64,000 nucleotides of DNA. It comes from Vicinamibacteria bacterium. Lineage in GTDB: Bacteria; Acidobacteriota; Vicinamibacteria; Marinacidobacterales; Marinacidobacteraceae. How positions within the stretch are numbered: position 1 is the first letter of the stretch; each line of letters begins with the position of its first letter. The notes beneath the pieces were generated by a model. That model was not told the DNA's origin and did not search any database. It worked only from the letters and a program-made list of their open reading frames with translations. Positions 37,088 through 46,601 of the stretch are shown piece after piece. The stretch is from positions 2,592,001 to 2,656,000 of the forward strand of contig OY729431.1 in assembly GCA_963422395.1 (NCBI GenBank), given 5' to 3'. A program made the translations under genes and the position numbers.

Positions 37088-39949
37088 CTGCGGGCGCTCC
37101 GGTGCCTGCTGCTCGGCGCCGGGCTCTGCCTCCTGCCAACCGTCGAAGGACTCGCCGCCGTCGCGCAGCCGACCGGCGGGGTGGACGGGGTGGTTCTCGA
37201 CGCCACTGGCGCGGTGCTCCCCGGCGCCCGGGTCACCCTCGTGCTCAGCGGCCGCGGCACCCGCCGCACCCAGGCCGCCGGCCCTTCGGGACGCTTCGGA
37301 TTCGTCGGCCTGCCCCCCGGCGGCTACCGCATTTCCGCTACTCATCCGGGCTTTCAGGACTCGCCGCCGGCGGAAGTGGCCGTCGAGGCCGGCTCGGTCG
37401 TGGAGATCCGTCTCGAGCTCGCGCTCGCCGGCATCACCGAGAGCGTTTCGGCAGTCTCCCGACGGCCGCTGGATCTCCGGGGAAGCGGAGTTCGGGAAAC
37501 CGTGGATCGGCCAGTGCTCGAGGAGCTGCCGAACACCCGCGACCTCTGGACGGTGCTCGAGCAGACACCGGGCATCCTGATGTCCAAGATCAATGTGGGC
37601 GGCGCCGAGAGCGGCCAGCAATCGCTCTTCTCGGCGGCGGGCTCGGCATGGACCCAGAACCAGTACTACCTGAACGGGGTGAATGTGACGGACCCGGCGG
37701 CGATGGGCGCGACCATCACCTATTACGCCTTCGACAGCTTCGAGCAGGTGGAGGTTTCGACCGCCGGCCATCGCGCCGAAATCCAGACCCCGGGGGTGTT
37801 CTTGAACATCGTGACCCACCGGGGCGGCAACCGTTTCGCCGGCAGCGGCAACCTCTTCTTCGAGCACGAACGCTTCCAGGCCGAAAACCTCGACGACGCC
37901 CTCCGCGCCCGCGGCGTGGGACAGGCGAACCGACTGCATCAGCTCCTCGACTGGAGCGGCGATCTAGGCGGGCCCATCCTCCGGGACCGGGCCTGGTTCT
38001 ATCTGAACCTCTCGCGCTTCCGCGTCGAACCGTATCTACCGGGGTTCTTCCTCGAGAACGGGGAACCCGGAGTGGACCTGACGGAACTCGACAACTTCCT
38101 CGCCCGAACGAGCCTCGAGGTCGCCGAGGGGCACGAGATCGGCCTGTTCTACTACCGAAACGCCAAGTATCGGCCCTACCGCGGCGCGAGCCTCTTCCGG
38201 CCGCGTCCCGAAACGACTTTCCACCAGGATTCGGTGATGGCGCTCGGACAGCTCTCCTGGTCCGGGGTCTTCGACGAGTCGCTGCTGGTGGAGGCCCGCA
38301 TCAGCCGGGTGGATCTCGACTTCCCTCTCGGACAGCAACCCGATGTGGATCCGAACTTCTCCCGCTGGGAACTGAACACCGGCGTCTGGTACGGCGGTTC
38401 CGGGACGAACACCCACTACGAGCGCGACCGCTGGCAGGCGGGAGCGACAGCCACTCTCTTCCGCGACGGCCTGTTCGGCGCCGCCCACGAGTTCAAGGCG
38501 GGCTTCGAGGCCTCCCTCAACCCGGCCCGGACGACCTACGACCTGCACGGCGGCATCCTCTACATCCACGACCGGGTTCGCCCCATCGAAGTCCGGCTCT
38601 ACAACGATCCGGTCGCGGTGCAGAACTTCACCCGCAATCTCGGCCTCTACGCGCAGGACAGCCTGGTCCGGGGACGCCTCGCTCTCGAACTCGGCCTCCG
38701 CGCCGACTGGTGGAGGGCGGGATACCCCGAGCAGCAGAACGAACCCGGCGCCTGGAACGCGGCCTTCCGGAATTTCGGCATCCCGCAGAAGATCTCCGGC
38801 GCCTCGGGGCTCGTCTCCTGGTTCGGAATCGCCCCCCGAGTCGGGGTCAACTATCAGCTCACCGGCGACGGCCGGACGCTGGTCCGGCTGAGCGCAGGGC
38901 GCTATCTCCACCAACTGGGCTTGAGCGTGCCGGAGTTCGGGAACCCCAACGCCCGCGCCTCAGCGACCTTCCGCTTCGACGATCGGAATTTCGATGGGCT
39001 GGTGGACGAGGGCGAGGTGGATTTCGCCTCGCCGCTCGGCGTTTTCATCCCGGTGCGGAACGAAGTGGCCCCGGACCTCGCGCAGCCGGTGACCCACGAG
39101 CTGACCTTCGGGATCCAGCGCGATTTGCCCCTCGGAATCACCCTCGGCCTCACCGGGATCCTCCGCTCCGAGCGGAACCTGATCGAAGACACCGACATCG
39201 GAGTTCCGGGAAGCGCCTGGCATCCGGTCCCCCATCTGGACCCGGGCCGCGACTTCGTCCGCGGCAGCGACGACGATAACCCGATCACCCTCTGGCTGCA
39301 GGATCCGACGACGCTCGGGCAGAGCCGCTTTCGGCTCGAAAATCCGGGGATCGGCGCGAGCTACCGAGGACTGATCCTGGAGGCGCGGAAGCGGTATTCC
39401 TCGGGTTGGCAGCTTCTGGCGTCGGTTACCGCAAGCCGCTCCGTCGGCTGGCTTTCAGGCCCCGGGGACCAGACGAACGAGGCCACCGGGTTCCCCGGGG
39501 TGCTCTTCGACAACCCCAACCACGGCGAGCTGCACCAGGGGCGCACCTTCTGGGACCGCCCCTTCCTGGCGCGGGTCTCCGGCAGCTACCGCCTTCCCTG
39601 GGGGTTCGCGGTGGCGGGTTCCTTTCGCGCCCACTCGGGTTGGCCCAATTACCGCTCGGTGGTCTTCACCGGGACCCTGGACGGCCGGCCACTGCCGCAG
39701 GGCATGACCGAAGTGATCGTCGAGCCGCCGGGAGCGTCGCGTTCCCCGGCGGTTCCACTCCTCGATCTGCGCCTCGATTACCGGCTCGATCTGCCTGGTT
39801 CCGCAGAACTCTCGACCTATTTCGATGTCTTCAACGCGCTGAACTGGAACCATGTCGTCGGGGAGGGCTCCCGAGACGACTCCTTCGGCGCGGTGGTGGG
39901 GATCCTCCCGCCGCGAGTGGCTCGCGTCGGCGCCCGCCTGCGCTTCTGA
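37088..39949 (+). CDS. TonB-dependent receptor, Oar-like (paralog of 28457-31348)
   Basis: LPGARVT, RDLWTVLEQTPG, GGPILRDRAWF, APRVG, DVFNALN and terminal RLRF. Start codon unresolved (see findings). Confidence 0.9.
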   Translation: MRALRCLLLGAGLCLLPTVEGLAAVAQPTGGVDGVVLDATGAVLPGARVTLVLSGRGTRRTQAAGPSGRFGFVGLPPGGYRISATHPGFQDSPPAEVAVEAGSVVEIRLELALAGITESVSAVSRRPLDLRGSGVRETVDRPVLEELPNTRDLWTVLEQTPGILMSKINVGGAESGQQSLFSAAGSAWTQNQYYLNGVNVTDPAAMGATITYYAFDSFEQVEVSTAGHRAEIQTPGVFLNIVTHRGGNRFAGSGNLFFEHERFQAENLDDALRARGVGQANRLHQLLDWSGDLGGPILRDRAWFYLNLSRFRVEPYLPGFFLENGEPGVDLTELDNFLARTSLEVAEGHEIGLFYYRNAKYRPYRGASLFRPRPETTFHQDSVMALGQLSWSGVFDESLLVEARISRVDLDFPLGQQPDVDPNFSRWELNTGVWYGGSGTNTHYERDRWQAGATATLFRDGLFGAAHEFKAGFEASLNPARTTYDLHGGILYIHDRVRPIEVRLYNDPVAVQNFTRNLGLYAQDSLVRGRLALELGLRADWWRAGYPEQQNEPGAWNAAFRNFGIPQKISGASGLVSWFGIAPRVGVNYQLTGDGRTLVRLSAGRYLHQLGLSVPEFGNPNARASATFRFDDRNFDGLVDEGEVDFASPLGVFIPVRNEVAPDLAQPVTHELTFGIQRDLPLGITLGLTGILRSERNLIEDTDIGVPGSAWHPVPHLDPGRDFVRGSDDDNPITLWLQDPTTLGQSRFRLENPGIGASYRGLILEARKRYSSGWQLLASVTASRSVGWLSGPGDQTNEATGFPGVLFDNPNHGELHQGRTFWDRPFLARVSGSYRLPWGFAVAGSFRAHSGWPNYRSVVFTGTLDGRPLPQGMTEVIVEPPGASRSPAVPLLDLRLDYRLDLPGSAELSTYFDVFNALNWNHVVGEGSRDDSFGAVVGILPPRVARVGARLRF

Positions 39950-39977
39950 GAGAACCGGCTGCCAGCGGCCTGACGGC

Positions 39978-42146
39978 CTACTGACCGTGCGGTCCCTCCG
40001 GAGGGGCGCCGATCGCTTTCAAGCGCTCCCGGAGCGCGGGCTGGTCCGGATGGAGCTCCAAGGAGCGACCGAAAGCAGCCCGCGCCTCCTCGATCCGTCC
40101 GGTACGCGCGTAGGCGTCACCGAGGACATTCAGCAACGGAGGGTCGGCGGTGCGGAGCCCGGAAGCGCGCTCGAGGTGCTCCACGCTCGCGGCGAAATCC
40201 CCTTCGAAGAAGCGGACGAATCCCAGTCCGCTGACGACTTCGAAGACCTCGGAGAATTCCTCGGCCATGGGGTCGAGCAGCGCCGCCGCCTCGGCGATGC
40301 GCATCTTCTGCAAGTAGCCGTGAGCCAGCTTCCAGCGCGCCGCCGGCAACTGCGGGTTTCCCGCGGCGACCGCGTTCTCGTATTCCCGGAGCGCTTCGTC
40401 GAAGCGCGACATCGCCGCGAACTGATCGCCGCGCACCAGGGGAAGCAGCCCGGGCGTCTCCGGGTTGAAACCGCGCCGGTACACGAAGCCGGCCCGGGGA
40501 ACCCCCGCGCGCGGGGATACCTGGAGGCGGCGCTCCTTGCGATCGAGCACCGCCCCGGAAGCGTCCTCGAGGCTCGCCCGCAGCCAGTAGTTGCCGCCCA
40601 CGCCCAGATCGAGCGGCAGCCGGCCGAGCAGCGCGCCCGAAGCCGGCGCCGCGACCGAGACCTCGGCCAGCGGCTCGCCGTCCGGATCGCCGGAGGCATC
40701 CGCGAAAACCTGGAAGCGAACCTGCTGCCCCGCCGCCGGGTCGAGGATGTGGGTGAAGGCGTGGAGCGTCTCTCCGAGCGCGAAGAGCCCGTCGGCGGCC
40801 GGTTTGACGCGCACATGTCCCACCTGGAAGGTGCGGATGGCGTCGGCGAACGGGGCCTCCTCCAGATCGGTGCTCTCGAACCCGACGATCACATCGGCGA
40901 GACGAGGTGTCCCTGGCGCCCCCCCGTCGGGGCTTGCGAACCGGGTGGTGTCGAGGCTCTCCTCGAGCACGGTGAACTGCTGGACGGCGCGGTTCCGGAC
41001 GACGATGCTCAGCTCGTATCGGCCAGGAAGCAGCGGCACGCTGTCCTGGTAGGCGAAGGGCGAGCCGCGAACCTGATCCACCTGGGTGCGGGTGAGTTCG
41101 AGATAGGCCGGCCGGTCCACCGCCAGCACCGTCACATCGTTCTCGTCCACCGCTTCCACCGAGATATCGAGGGTGGTGTAGAACTTCGTCTGGTCCTCAT
41201 CGGTCTCGAGGGTGAAGTTCTGCGGATCGATCTCCACGCTGAAGTGGACGAAGGGGGTGCGGAAGGGACCGCCGGTGATGCCGAAGACGCCGCGGCTCGG
41301 CACGAAATTGAAGGAGTAGTCGGCGGATACCCGGTCCCGGTAGCGCAGCCAGGCGTCGGCGTAGTCGGTGCGGATCGCCCGCCGCGGGGAATCGGCGACG
41401 CGGGCGAGCAGCAGATCGCTCGACAGCGAGGCGCGTCCGGAGGTCCAGTCGCCGGGCTCCGAAGGGTCGAGCGAGAGCGAGGCGTTCGCCAGCTCGACAT
41501 CGACGCGCTGCAAGACCTCGTAGGCCCGGACATTCCCCTCGGGGCCGCCGCCCTGGGTGTATTGGCCCCGCACCAGCGATTCCGGGCCGTCCACCACCGG
41601 GTGGTAGAGCCGGTACTCGCCCACATCGTGGCGCTTGAAGAAGAGGAGGTAGAAGAACGAAGGCAGTCCCCGCTGGACATCCCCCTGGTAGAACCAGAGC
41701 TCGCTCGACACGACCTCGTTGTAGCCGTCGAAGGCGTGCCGCTCGCGGGGCTCGCCGAGCAGGATGTAGTAGCGGCCGCGGTCGGTACGCCAGCCGTCGC
41801 GGAAGGTGTCCCGCCCGAGGTATTCGTTCGCGTACTCGATCCGTTCGTAGTGCTCGTCGCGGAACTCGTTCTCTGGAGTCGCCGGGTAGGGATCGCGCTT
41901 TTCCCAGAAGACTTCGATGAAGCGGATGCGCTCCTCGAGGGTCTCGAGGCTGAGGAACACCTCCTCCTCGCGATCGGTGATGATGTACACCACCTCCGCT
42001 TCGAGCCATCGGCGGTGGTCCTCGCGCAGCCGCTCGAGCTGCTCGTCCCGGCTGAGCTCTTCCTGGGCCGCGGCGGCTCCGGAGGGCCGGCAAACGGCGA
42101 GCAGGCCGATCGTCAGACCGGCCGTGAGGAAGACCGCGCGGTTCAT
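39978..42146 (-). CDS. GWxTD-domain protein with C-terminal TPRs
   Basis: FWEKRDP.P.TPENEF..EHYERI.YAN and GWRTDRG..YI.LGEP motifs; signal peptide; ATGA overlap with the regulator. Confidence 0.92.
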   Translation of the reverse strand: MNRAVFLTAGLTIGLLAVCRPSGAAAAQEELSRDEQLERLREDHRRWLEAEVVYIITDREEEVFLSLETLEERIRFIEVFWEKRDPYPATPENEFRDEHYERIEYANEYLGRDTFRDGWRTDRGRYYILLGEPRERHAFDGYNEVVSSELWFYQGDVQRGLPSFFYLLFFKRHDVGEYRLYHPVVDGPESLVRGQYTQGGGPEGNVRAYEVLQRVDVELANASLSLDPSEPGDWTSGRASLSSDLLLARVADSPRRAIRTDYADAWLRYRDRVSADYSFNFVPSRGVFGITGGPFRTPFVHFSVEIDPQNFTLETDEDQTKFYTTLDISVEAVDENDVTVLAVDRPAYLELTRTQVDQVRGSPFAYQDSVPLLPGRYELSIVVRNRAVQQFTVLEESLDTTRFASPDGGAPGTPRLADVIVGFESTDLEEAPFADAIRTFQVGHVRVKPAADGLFALGETLHAFTHILDPAAGQQVRFQVFADASGDPDGEPLAEVSVAAPASGALLGRLPLDLGVGGNYWLRASLEDASGAVLDRKERRLQVSPRAGVPRAGFVYRRGFNPETPGLLPLVRGDQFAAMSRFDEALREYENAVAAGNPQLPAARWKLAHGYLQKMRIAEAAALLDPMAEEFSEVFEVVSGLGFVRFFEGDFAASVEHLERASGLRTADPPLLNVLGDAYARTGRIEEARAAFGRSLELHPDQPALRERLKAIGAPPEGPHGQ

Positions 42147-43579
42147 GGAATCGGCACCTCGCGTTCGGGCGGTGCCAGCTCCCCGGAGCCCCGCCGGCGG
42201 TAACGGATCCCGTGGCGCTTCAGCATCTCGTTCAGCGTCGTGGGCTTGAGGCCCAGCACCTCGGCGGCACGCTTCTGGATCCCGTCCACCCGGTCGAGAG
42301 TCTCGATCAGTAGCTGGCGTTCCACCTCGGAAATGTACTCCCGGAAGGTAACGCCCGCCTCGAGCGGCGCCGCCGGGGCGGCAAGCGTCCGGGAGGAGCG
42401 GATTCTCACCGCGTCGGGCAGCAGCGAGGCATCGATCCGAGGGCCGCCCGCCAGCACCACCGCGCGTTCCACGGCGTTTTCGAGCTGGCGCACATTCCCC
42501 GGCCAGCGGCAGTCGAGCAGCACCTGCATCGTCTCCGAGGAGAACGCGAGCTGCGGCTTTCCGTTCTCGCTGGCGTACTTCTTGAGGAAATGCCGGGCGA
42601 GCGGCGGGATGTCCTCGCGGCGGTCGCGAAGAGGCGGCAGGTGGATGCCGATGACATCGAGCCGGAAATAGAGATCCTCGCGGAACCTGCCCTGGTCGGC
42701 CAGCTCCTTCAGATCGGTGTTCGTCGCGGCGATGACCCGGACATCCACTTTGATGGTCTCCACTCCGCCGAGGTTCATGAACTCCTTTTCCTGGATGACC
42801 CGGAGCAACTTCGCCTGGGTGTCCGCATGCACGGTGCCGATCTCGTCGAAAAAGATGCTGCCGCCGTCGGCGATCTCGAACAGACCCTTCTTCGGCGCCA
42901 CCGCGCCGGTGAACGCGCCCTTGAGGTGGCCGAACAGGTTGCTCTCGAGGAGTTCCGGCGGGAGGCTGCCGGAGTGGACGGTGACGAAAGGCTGTTTCCG
43001 CCGCGGGCTGCGCCGATGGATGGCCTTGGCGACGAGTTCCTTCCCCGTTCCGCTCTCGCCAGTGATCAGCACATTGGCGCGCGCCCCCGCCACCTGCTCG
43101 ATGAGGGCATAGACCTCCTGCATCTTCGCCGACTTGCCGACGAGTTCATCGAACTGTTCGCGGCGGACGAGTTCCTCGCGCAGGCTTCGGTTCTCGCGCG
43201 CGAGGCGGCGTTGCCGGATGCCGTTGCCGACCAGGTTCAGAACCTCGTCGTTCTTGAACGGCTTCGTCAGATAGTCGAAGGCCCCGCACTTGATCGCGGC
43301 CACCGCGGTCTCCACCGAGGCGAATGCGGTCAGCATCACCACGGTGATCTCCGGGTCGATTTCGCGGATCCGCTCCAGCACCTTCAGTCCGGAGATATCG
43401 GGAAGCATCACATCCACCACCGCGAGATCGATCGGCTCGCGGTCCACGATGCGGATCCCCTGCTCCCCGGTCTCGGCGAGGCGGACCGAATAGCCCGCCT
43501 GCCGGAGCAGCACTTCGAGGATCTCGCGCATCACCTGCTCGTCGTCCACCACCAGGACGGTCCCCCGCGCCCGACTCAT
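42143..43579 (-). CDS. Sigma54-dependent (NtrC-family) response regulator
   Basis: REC domain (VVDD, D-VMLP, KPF), GESGTGKE, GAFTGA, WPGNVRQL and Fis HTH. Confidence 0.96.
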   Translation of the reverse strand: MSRARGTVLVVDDEQVMREILEVLLRQAGYSVRLAETGEQGIRIVDREPIDLAVVDVMLPDISGLKVLERIREIDPEITVVMLTAFASVETAVAAIKCGAFDYLTKPFKNDEVLNLVGNGIRQRRLARENRSLREELVRREQFDELVGKSAKMQEVYALIEQVAGARANVLITGESGTGKELVAKAIHRRSPRRKQPFVTVHSGSLPPELLESNLFGHLKGAFTGAVAPKKGLFEIADGGSIFFDEIGTVHADTQAKLLRVIQEKEFMNLGGVETIKVDVRVIAATNTDLKELADQGRFREDLYFRLDVIGIHLPPLRDRREDIPPLARHFLKKYASENGKPQLAFSSETMQVLLDCRWPGNVRQLENAVERAVVLAGGPRIDASLLPDAVRIRSSRTLAAPAAPLEAGVTFREYISEVERQLLIETLDRVDGIQKRAAEVLGLKPTTLNEMLKRHGIRYRRRGSGELAPPEREVPIP

Positions 43580-46500
43580 CGCCCGGCCTCCAGTTGCTGC
43601 GCACGGCCCGCGTCGGACACCGCGGGCATGGGGTCGCCCCCCGGGCGATCTTCGGTCCTCTCGTCCGCCGGGAAGCGGATCAGGAACCGGGTTCCGCTGC
43701 GGAGTCCGCTCTCGACCTCCATGGTTCCGCCGTGTTCTTGCACGATGCCGTAGCTGATCGAGAGGCCCAGTCCGTTCCCGCCGCTCTTCTTCCGGGTAGA
43801 GAAGAACGGGTCGTAGATGCGGCGGATGTCCTCGGGAGCGATTCCCTCACCGGTGTCGGCGACTTCGGCGATCACTTGTCCGCCTTCGCTCCTGGTGGTG
43901 ATCGTGAGCCAGCCCCCGGCCGGCATGGCGTCGAAGGCGTTCACCGCGAGGTTCACGAACACCTGTTGCAACTTGTTCTCGTCGCCGCGCAGGAGCGGCA
44001 GCGCCGGGTCGAGATCTCGGCGGATGCGGGTGCGGGAGCTGCGCATCTGGTGGTCGAGCAGCGACAGCACCTCTCCCAGCACCCGATTCAGATCCACCCG
44101 CTGGAAATCGGTCTTCTTGTGGCGGGCGAAGTTCAGCAGGCCGTTCACGATCCGGGAGGCCCGCTCGGTCTGCTTCTCGATCTTGTTGAGCAGCGGACGG
44201 CGCGGATCGCGCCGATCCGTCTGGTCCTGGAGCATCTGCGTGAAGCTGGAGATGCCGGCGAGCGGAGTGTTCACTTCGTGGGCGACTCCTGCGGCGAGCA
44301 CCCCGAGCGAACTCATCTTCTCCCGAAGCTGCATTTCATTCTCCATCCCGACGCGCTCGGTGATGTCCTCGAAGATGAGGAGCGCGCCGTGATGCTGGCC
44401 GGCGCCGGAGACGAAGGGAGAGGCCTTCACATTCACGACCCGCTCCGACCCGTCGGCGGCGCGCAGGTGGAATCGGGAGATACCGCCGCCCTCGCCCCTC
44501 GCGAGCCAGCCTTCACCGAGTCCGGCATCGAGTGCCCGCAGGAGCGGCGCCGAGAAAACCGCAGCATACGAGGAATGGGAGACCTCGTGCCGGCTCCGCC
44601 CACAGATCCGCTCCATCGAGCGGTTCCAGCGCACCACTCGGCCCTGCAGGTCGAGGACCGCGACCCCCGCGGCGAGCGACTCGATGGTGTCGTCGCTCTG
44701 TTCGCGGAGCGCGACCACCTCCTCGTGCTTCGCCTGGAGCGAGCTGTAGAGGCGGGCGTTCACGAGCGCGGTGGCCGCCTGCGCGGCCACCGTGCGCATG
44801 AGGTCGAGGTCTTCCGAGGAGAGATTCTCGCCGTCCGCGCTGGCACCGAGCAAAAACACTCCCACCACTTCGCCGCGGGCGAAGCAGGGCACCGCGTTCA
44901 CCACCCACACCCCTTCCCGCACTGCCGGCGGCATCAGCGCGGTACGAACGACCGCTCCGGCGCCGAGACGCTTTCTCACCGAGGCGGAAGCGGAGAACCG
45001 TTCCGCGACCGCCGCCTCCCGGTCGTCGAGCCCGTGGGCAGCGACGATCTGCAGCGCGGATTCGCCGGGAGAGCGGCCGGTGGTCAGGAGCGCCGTTCGC
45101 TGGATCCGGAAGGTCTCGGCAATCCGTTCCACGAGCCGGTTGGCGAGCGGGACGAGGTCGAGCTGCGAGTTCATCTCTCCGGCGAGGCGGGCGAGCGCAC
45201 GCCGGAAGTCGTAGTGCTCCCGGTAGAAGAGCCGGTCCAGGAACCGCTCGGTTCGGGCCCGGAACGCCGGCACCACGAGCGCCGCGATGATCGCGGAGAG
45301 CACCGCGATGATGAGCGAGTGCTCGTCGCCGCCCAACCACGAAGTGCCGAGCAGGAAGGCGGTGAGGTAGATCGCGGCGATGCCGAGCATCAGCGAGGCG
45401 ACCAGGATGCCGCGCTTGAACAGGATCTCGACATCCATCAGTCGGTACTTGACGATCGCGTAGGCGAACGACAGTGGTACGAGCGCCATCGGTACCAGCG
45501 AGAGCTCCATCTCCGGGCTGGTGGGAAGGCCGCCGAAGTAGGGAACTGCGTAGATCAGCGCGAAGGGAAGCATCCCTGCACCCGTCCCCCAGACGATCCA
45601 TTTGAGCTGCTTCGAGACGGTGACGCTCTCGGCTCTCCGGTAGGCGTCCCCGAAGGCCCCGAACGCCGCGAGGGAATAGACCGCCCAGAGCACCGGTTCG
45701 ACGCGGTCGAGAACGATTTCGCTGCCGGTGATGGTTGCGGGCCCCGGACTCAGCGGCGAGAAATAGAGTAGGCGGGACCCGATCGAGAGCCCGAAGAGGG
45801 CGAACGACGGCGCGTAGATCCAGCGCAGCATCCGGGGCCATCGTGCGAGGAACCGGGTGGGGTTCGGGAAAGTGAGGGCGAAGTGGAGGAAAACCGGCGG
45901 GAAGAACAGGACGCCGATGCGGTCGAGCCAGAAATACAGGTGGTCGAAGAGATCGAGCTCGCCGGTGAACGAAAACGAGAACGCGAGCAGCCAGAGCAGA
46001 CAAAGTCCGTAGAAGTGGGCGGCGGACGACGCACCCCGCCGGAACGCGTATACGAAGGTGCCGACCCCGCCGGAAAAGATGCCCACCGCCGCGAGAAACA
46101 GGTAGAGCGAGACATTGCCGCCGGGGAGGGGAGCGACCGACAGCGTCATCCCGCGGCGCTCTCCCTCGCGGACGAGCACATAGCGGAGCTGCGAGCCTGG
46201 AGCCGCCGCATCGAGAACCCGGCGCACTTCGGAGGCGGTATCCACTGCGACCACCGAGCCGGTCCGCCGGTCGGTGATCGCCGAGAGCGCGTCTCCCGCT
46301 TCGATTCCGGCTTGGTCGCCGGCGCCGCCCGCTTCCACCCGCAGCGCGACTACCCGGCCGAGCTCGTCGCCCCAGAGGACGCCGTCGTCCATGACCCCGG
46401 ACGACGCCTGCCGGGCGATGTTGGACGCCGCCAGCACCAGTAGCAGGGAGGTCGCTGCCACCGCGAGGGTGGACCGGGTGGCGCCGCGTCGGATGAGCAT
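43576..46500 (-). CDS. Sensor histidine kinase (PDZ-like, multi-TM, GAF, PAS, HisKA, HATPase)
   Basis: AGIEAGD PDZ-like motif, multiple TMs, AHEVNTPL H-box, and N, G1 (DTGEGI), F and G2 (GLGLSIS) boxes. Confidence 0.94.
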   Translation of the reverse strand: MLIRRGATRSTLAVAATSLLLVLAASNIARQASSGVMDDGVLWGDELGRVVALRVEAGGAGDQAGIEAGDALSAITDRRTGSVVAVDTASEVRRVLDAAAPGSQLRYVLVREGERRGMTLSVAPLPGGNVSLYLFLAAVGIFSGGVGTFVYAFRRGASSAAHFYGLCLLWLLAFSFSFTGELDLFDHLYFWLDRIGVLFFPPVFLHFALTFPNPTRFLARWPRMLRWIYAPSFALFGLSIGSRLLYFSPLSPGPATITGSEIVLDRVEPVLWAVYSLAAFGAFGDAYRRAESVTVSKQLKWIVWGTGAGMLPFALIYAVPYFGGLPTSPEMELSLVPMALVPLSFAYAIVKYRLMDVEILFKRGILVASLMLGIAAIYLTAFLLGTSWLGGDEHSLIIAVLSAIIAALVVPAFRARTERFLDRLFYREHYDFRRALARLAGEMNSQLDLVPLANRLVERIAETFRIQRTALLTTGRSPGESALQIVAAHGLDDREAAVAERFSASASVRKRLGAGAVVRTALMPPAVREGVWVVNAVPCFARGEVVGVFLLGASADGENLSSEDLDLMRTVAAQAATALVNARLYSSLQAKHEEVVALREQSDDTIESLAAGVAVLDLQGRVVRWNRSMERICGRSRHEVSHSSYAAVFSAPLLRALDAGLGEGWLARGEGGGISRFHLRAADGSERVVNVKASPFVSGAGQHHGALLIFEDITERVGMENEMQLREKMSSLGVLAAGVAHEVNTPLAGISSFTQMLQDQTDRRDPRRPLLNKIEKQTERASRIVNGLLNFARHKKTDFQRVDLNRVLGEVLSLLDHQMRSSRTRIRRDLDPALPLLRGDENKLQQVFVNLAVNAFDAMPAGGWLTITTRSEGGQVIAEVADTGEGIAPEDIRRIYDPFFSTRKKSGGNGLGLSISYGIVQEHGGTMEVESGLRSGTRFLIRFPADERTEDRPGGDPMPAVSDAGRAQQLEAGR

Positions 46501-46601
46501 CTCGAGGTTCGCATTTTATCCAATGCGACGGATGACCACCTGATACATCCAACACATTGGATGCCGAGGAAGCCCCCCGAGCCGCCCGCCCGGGGCGACG
46601 G

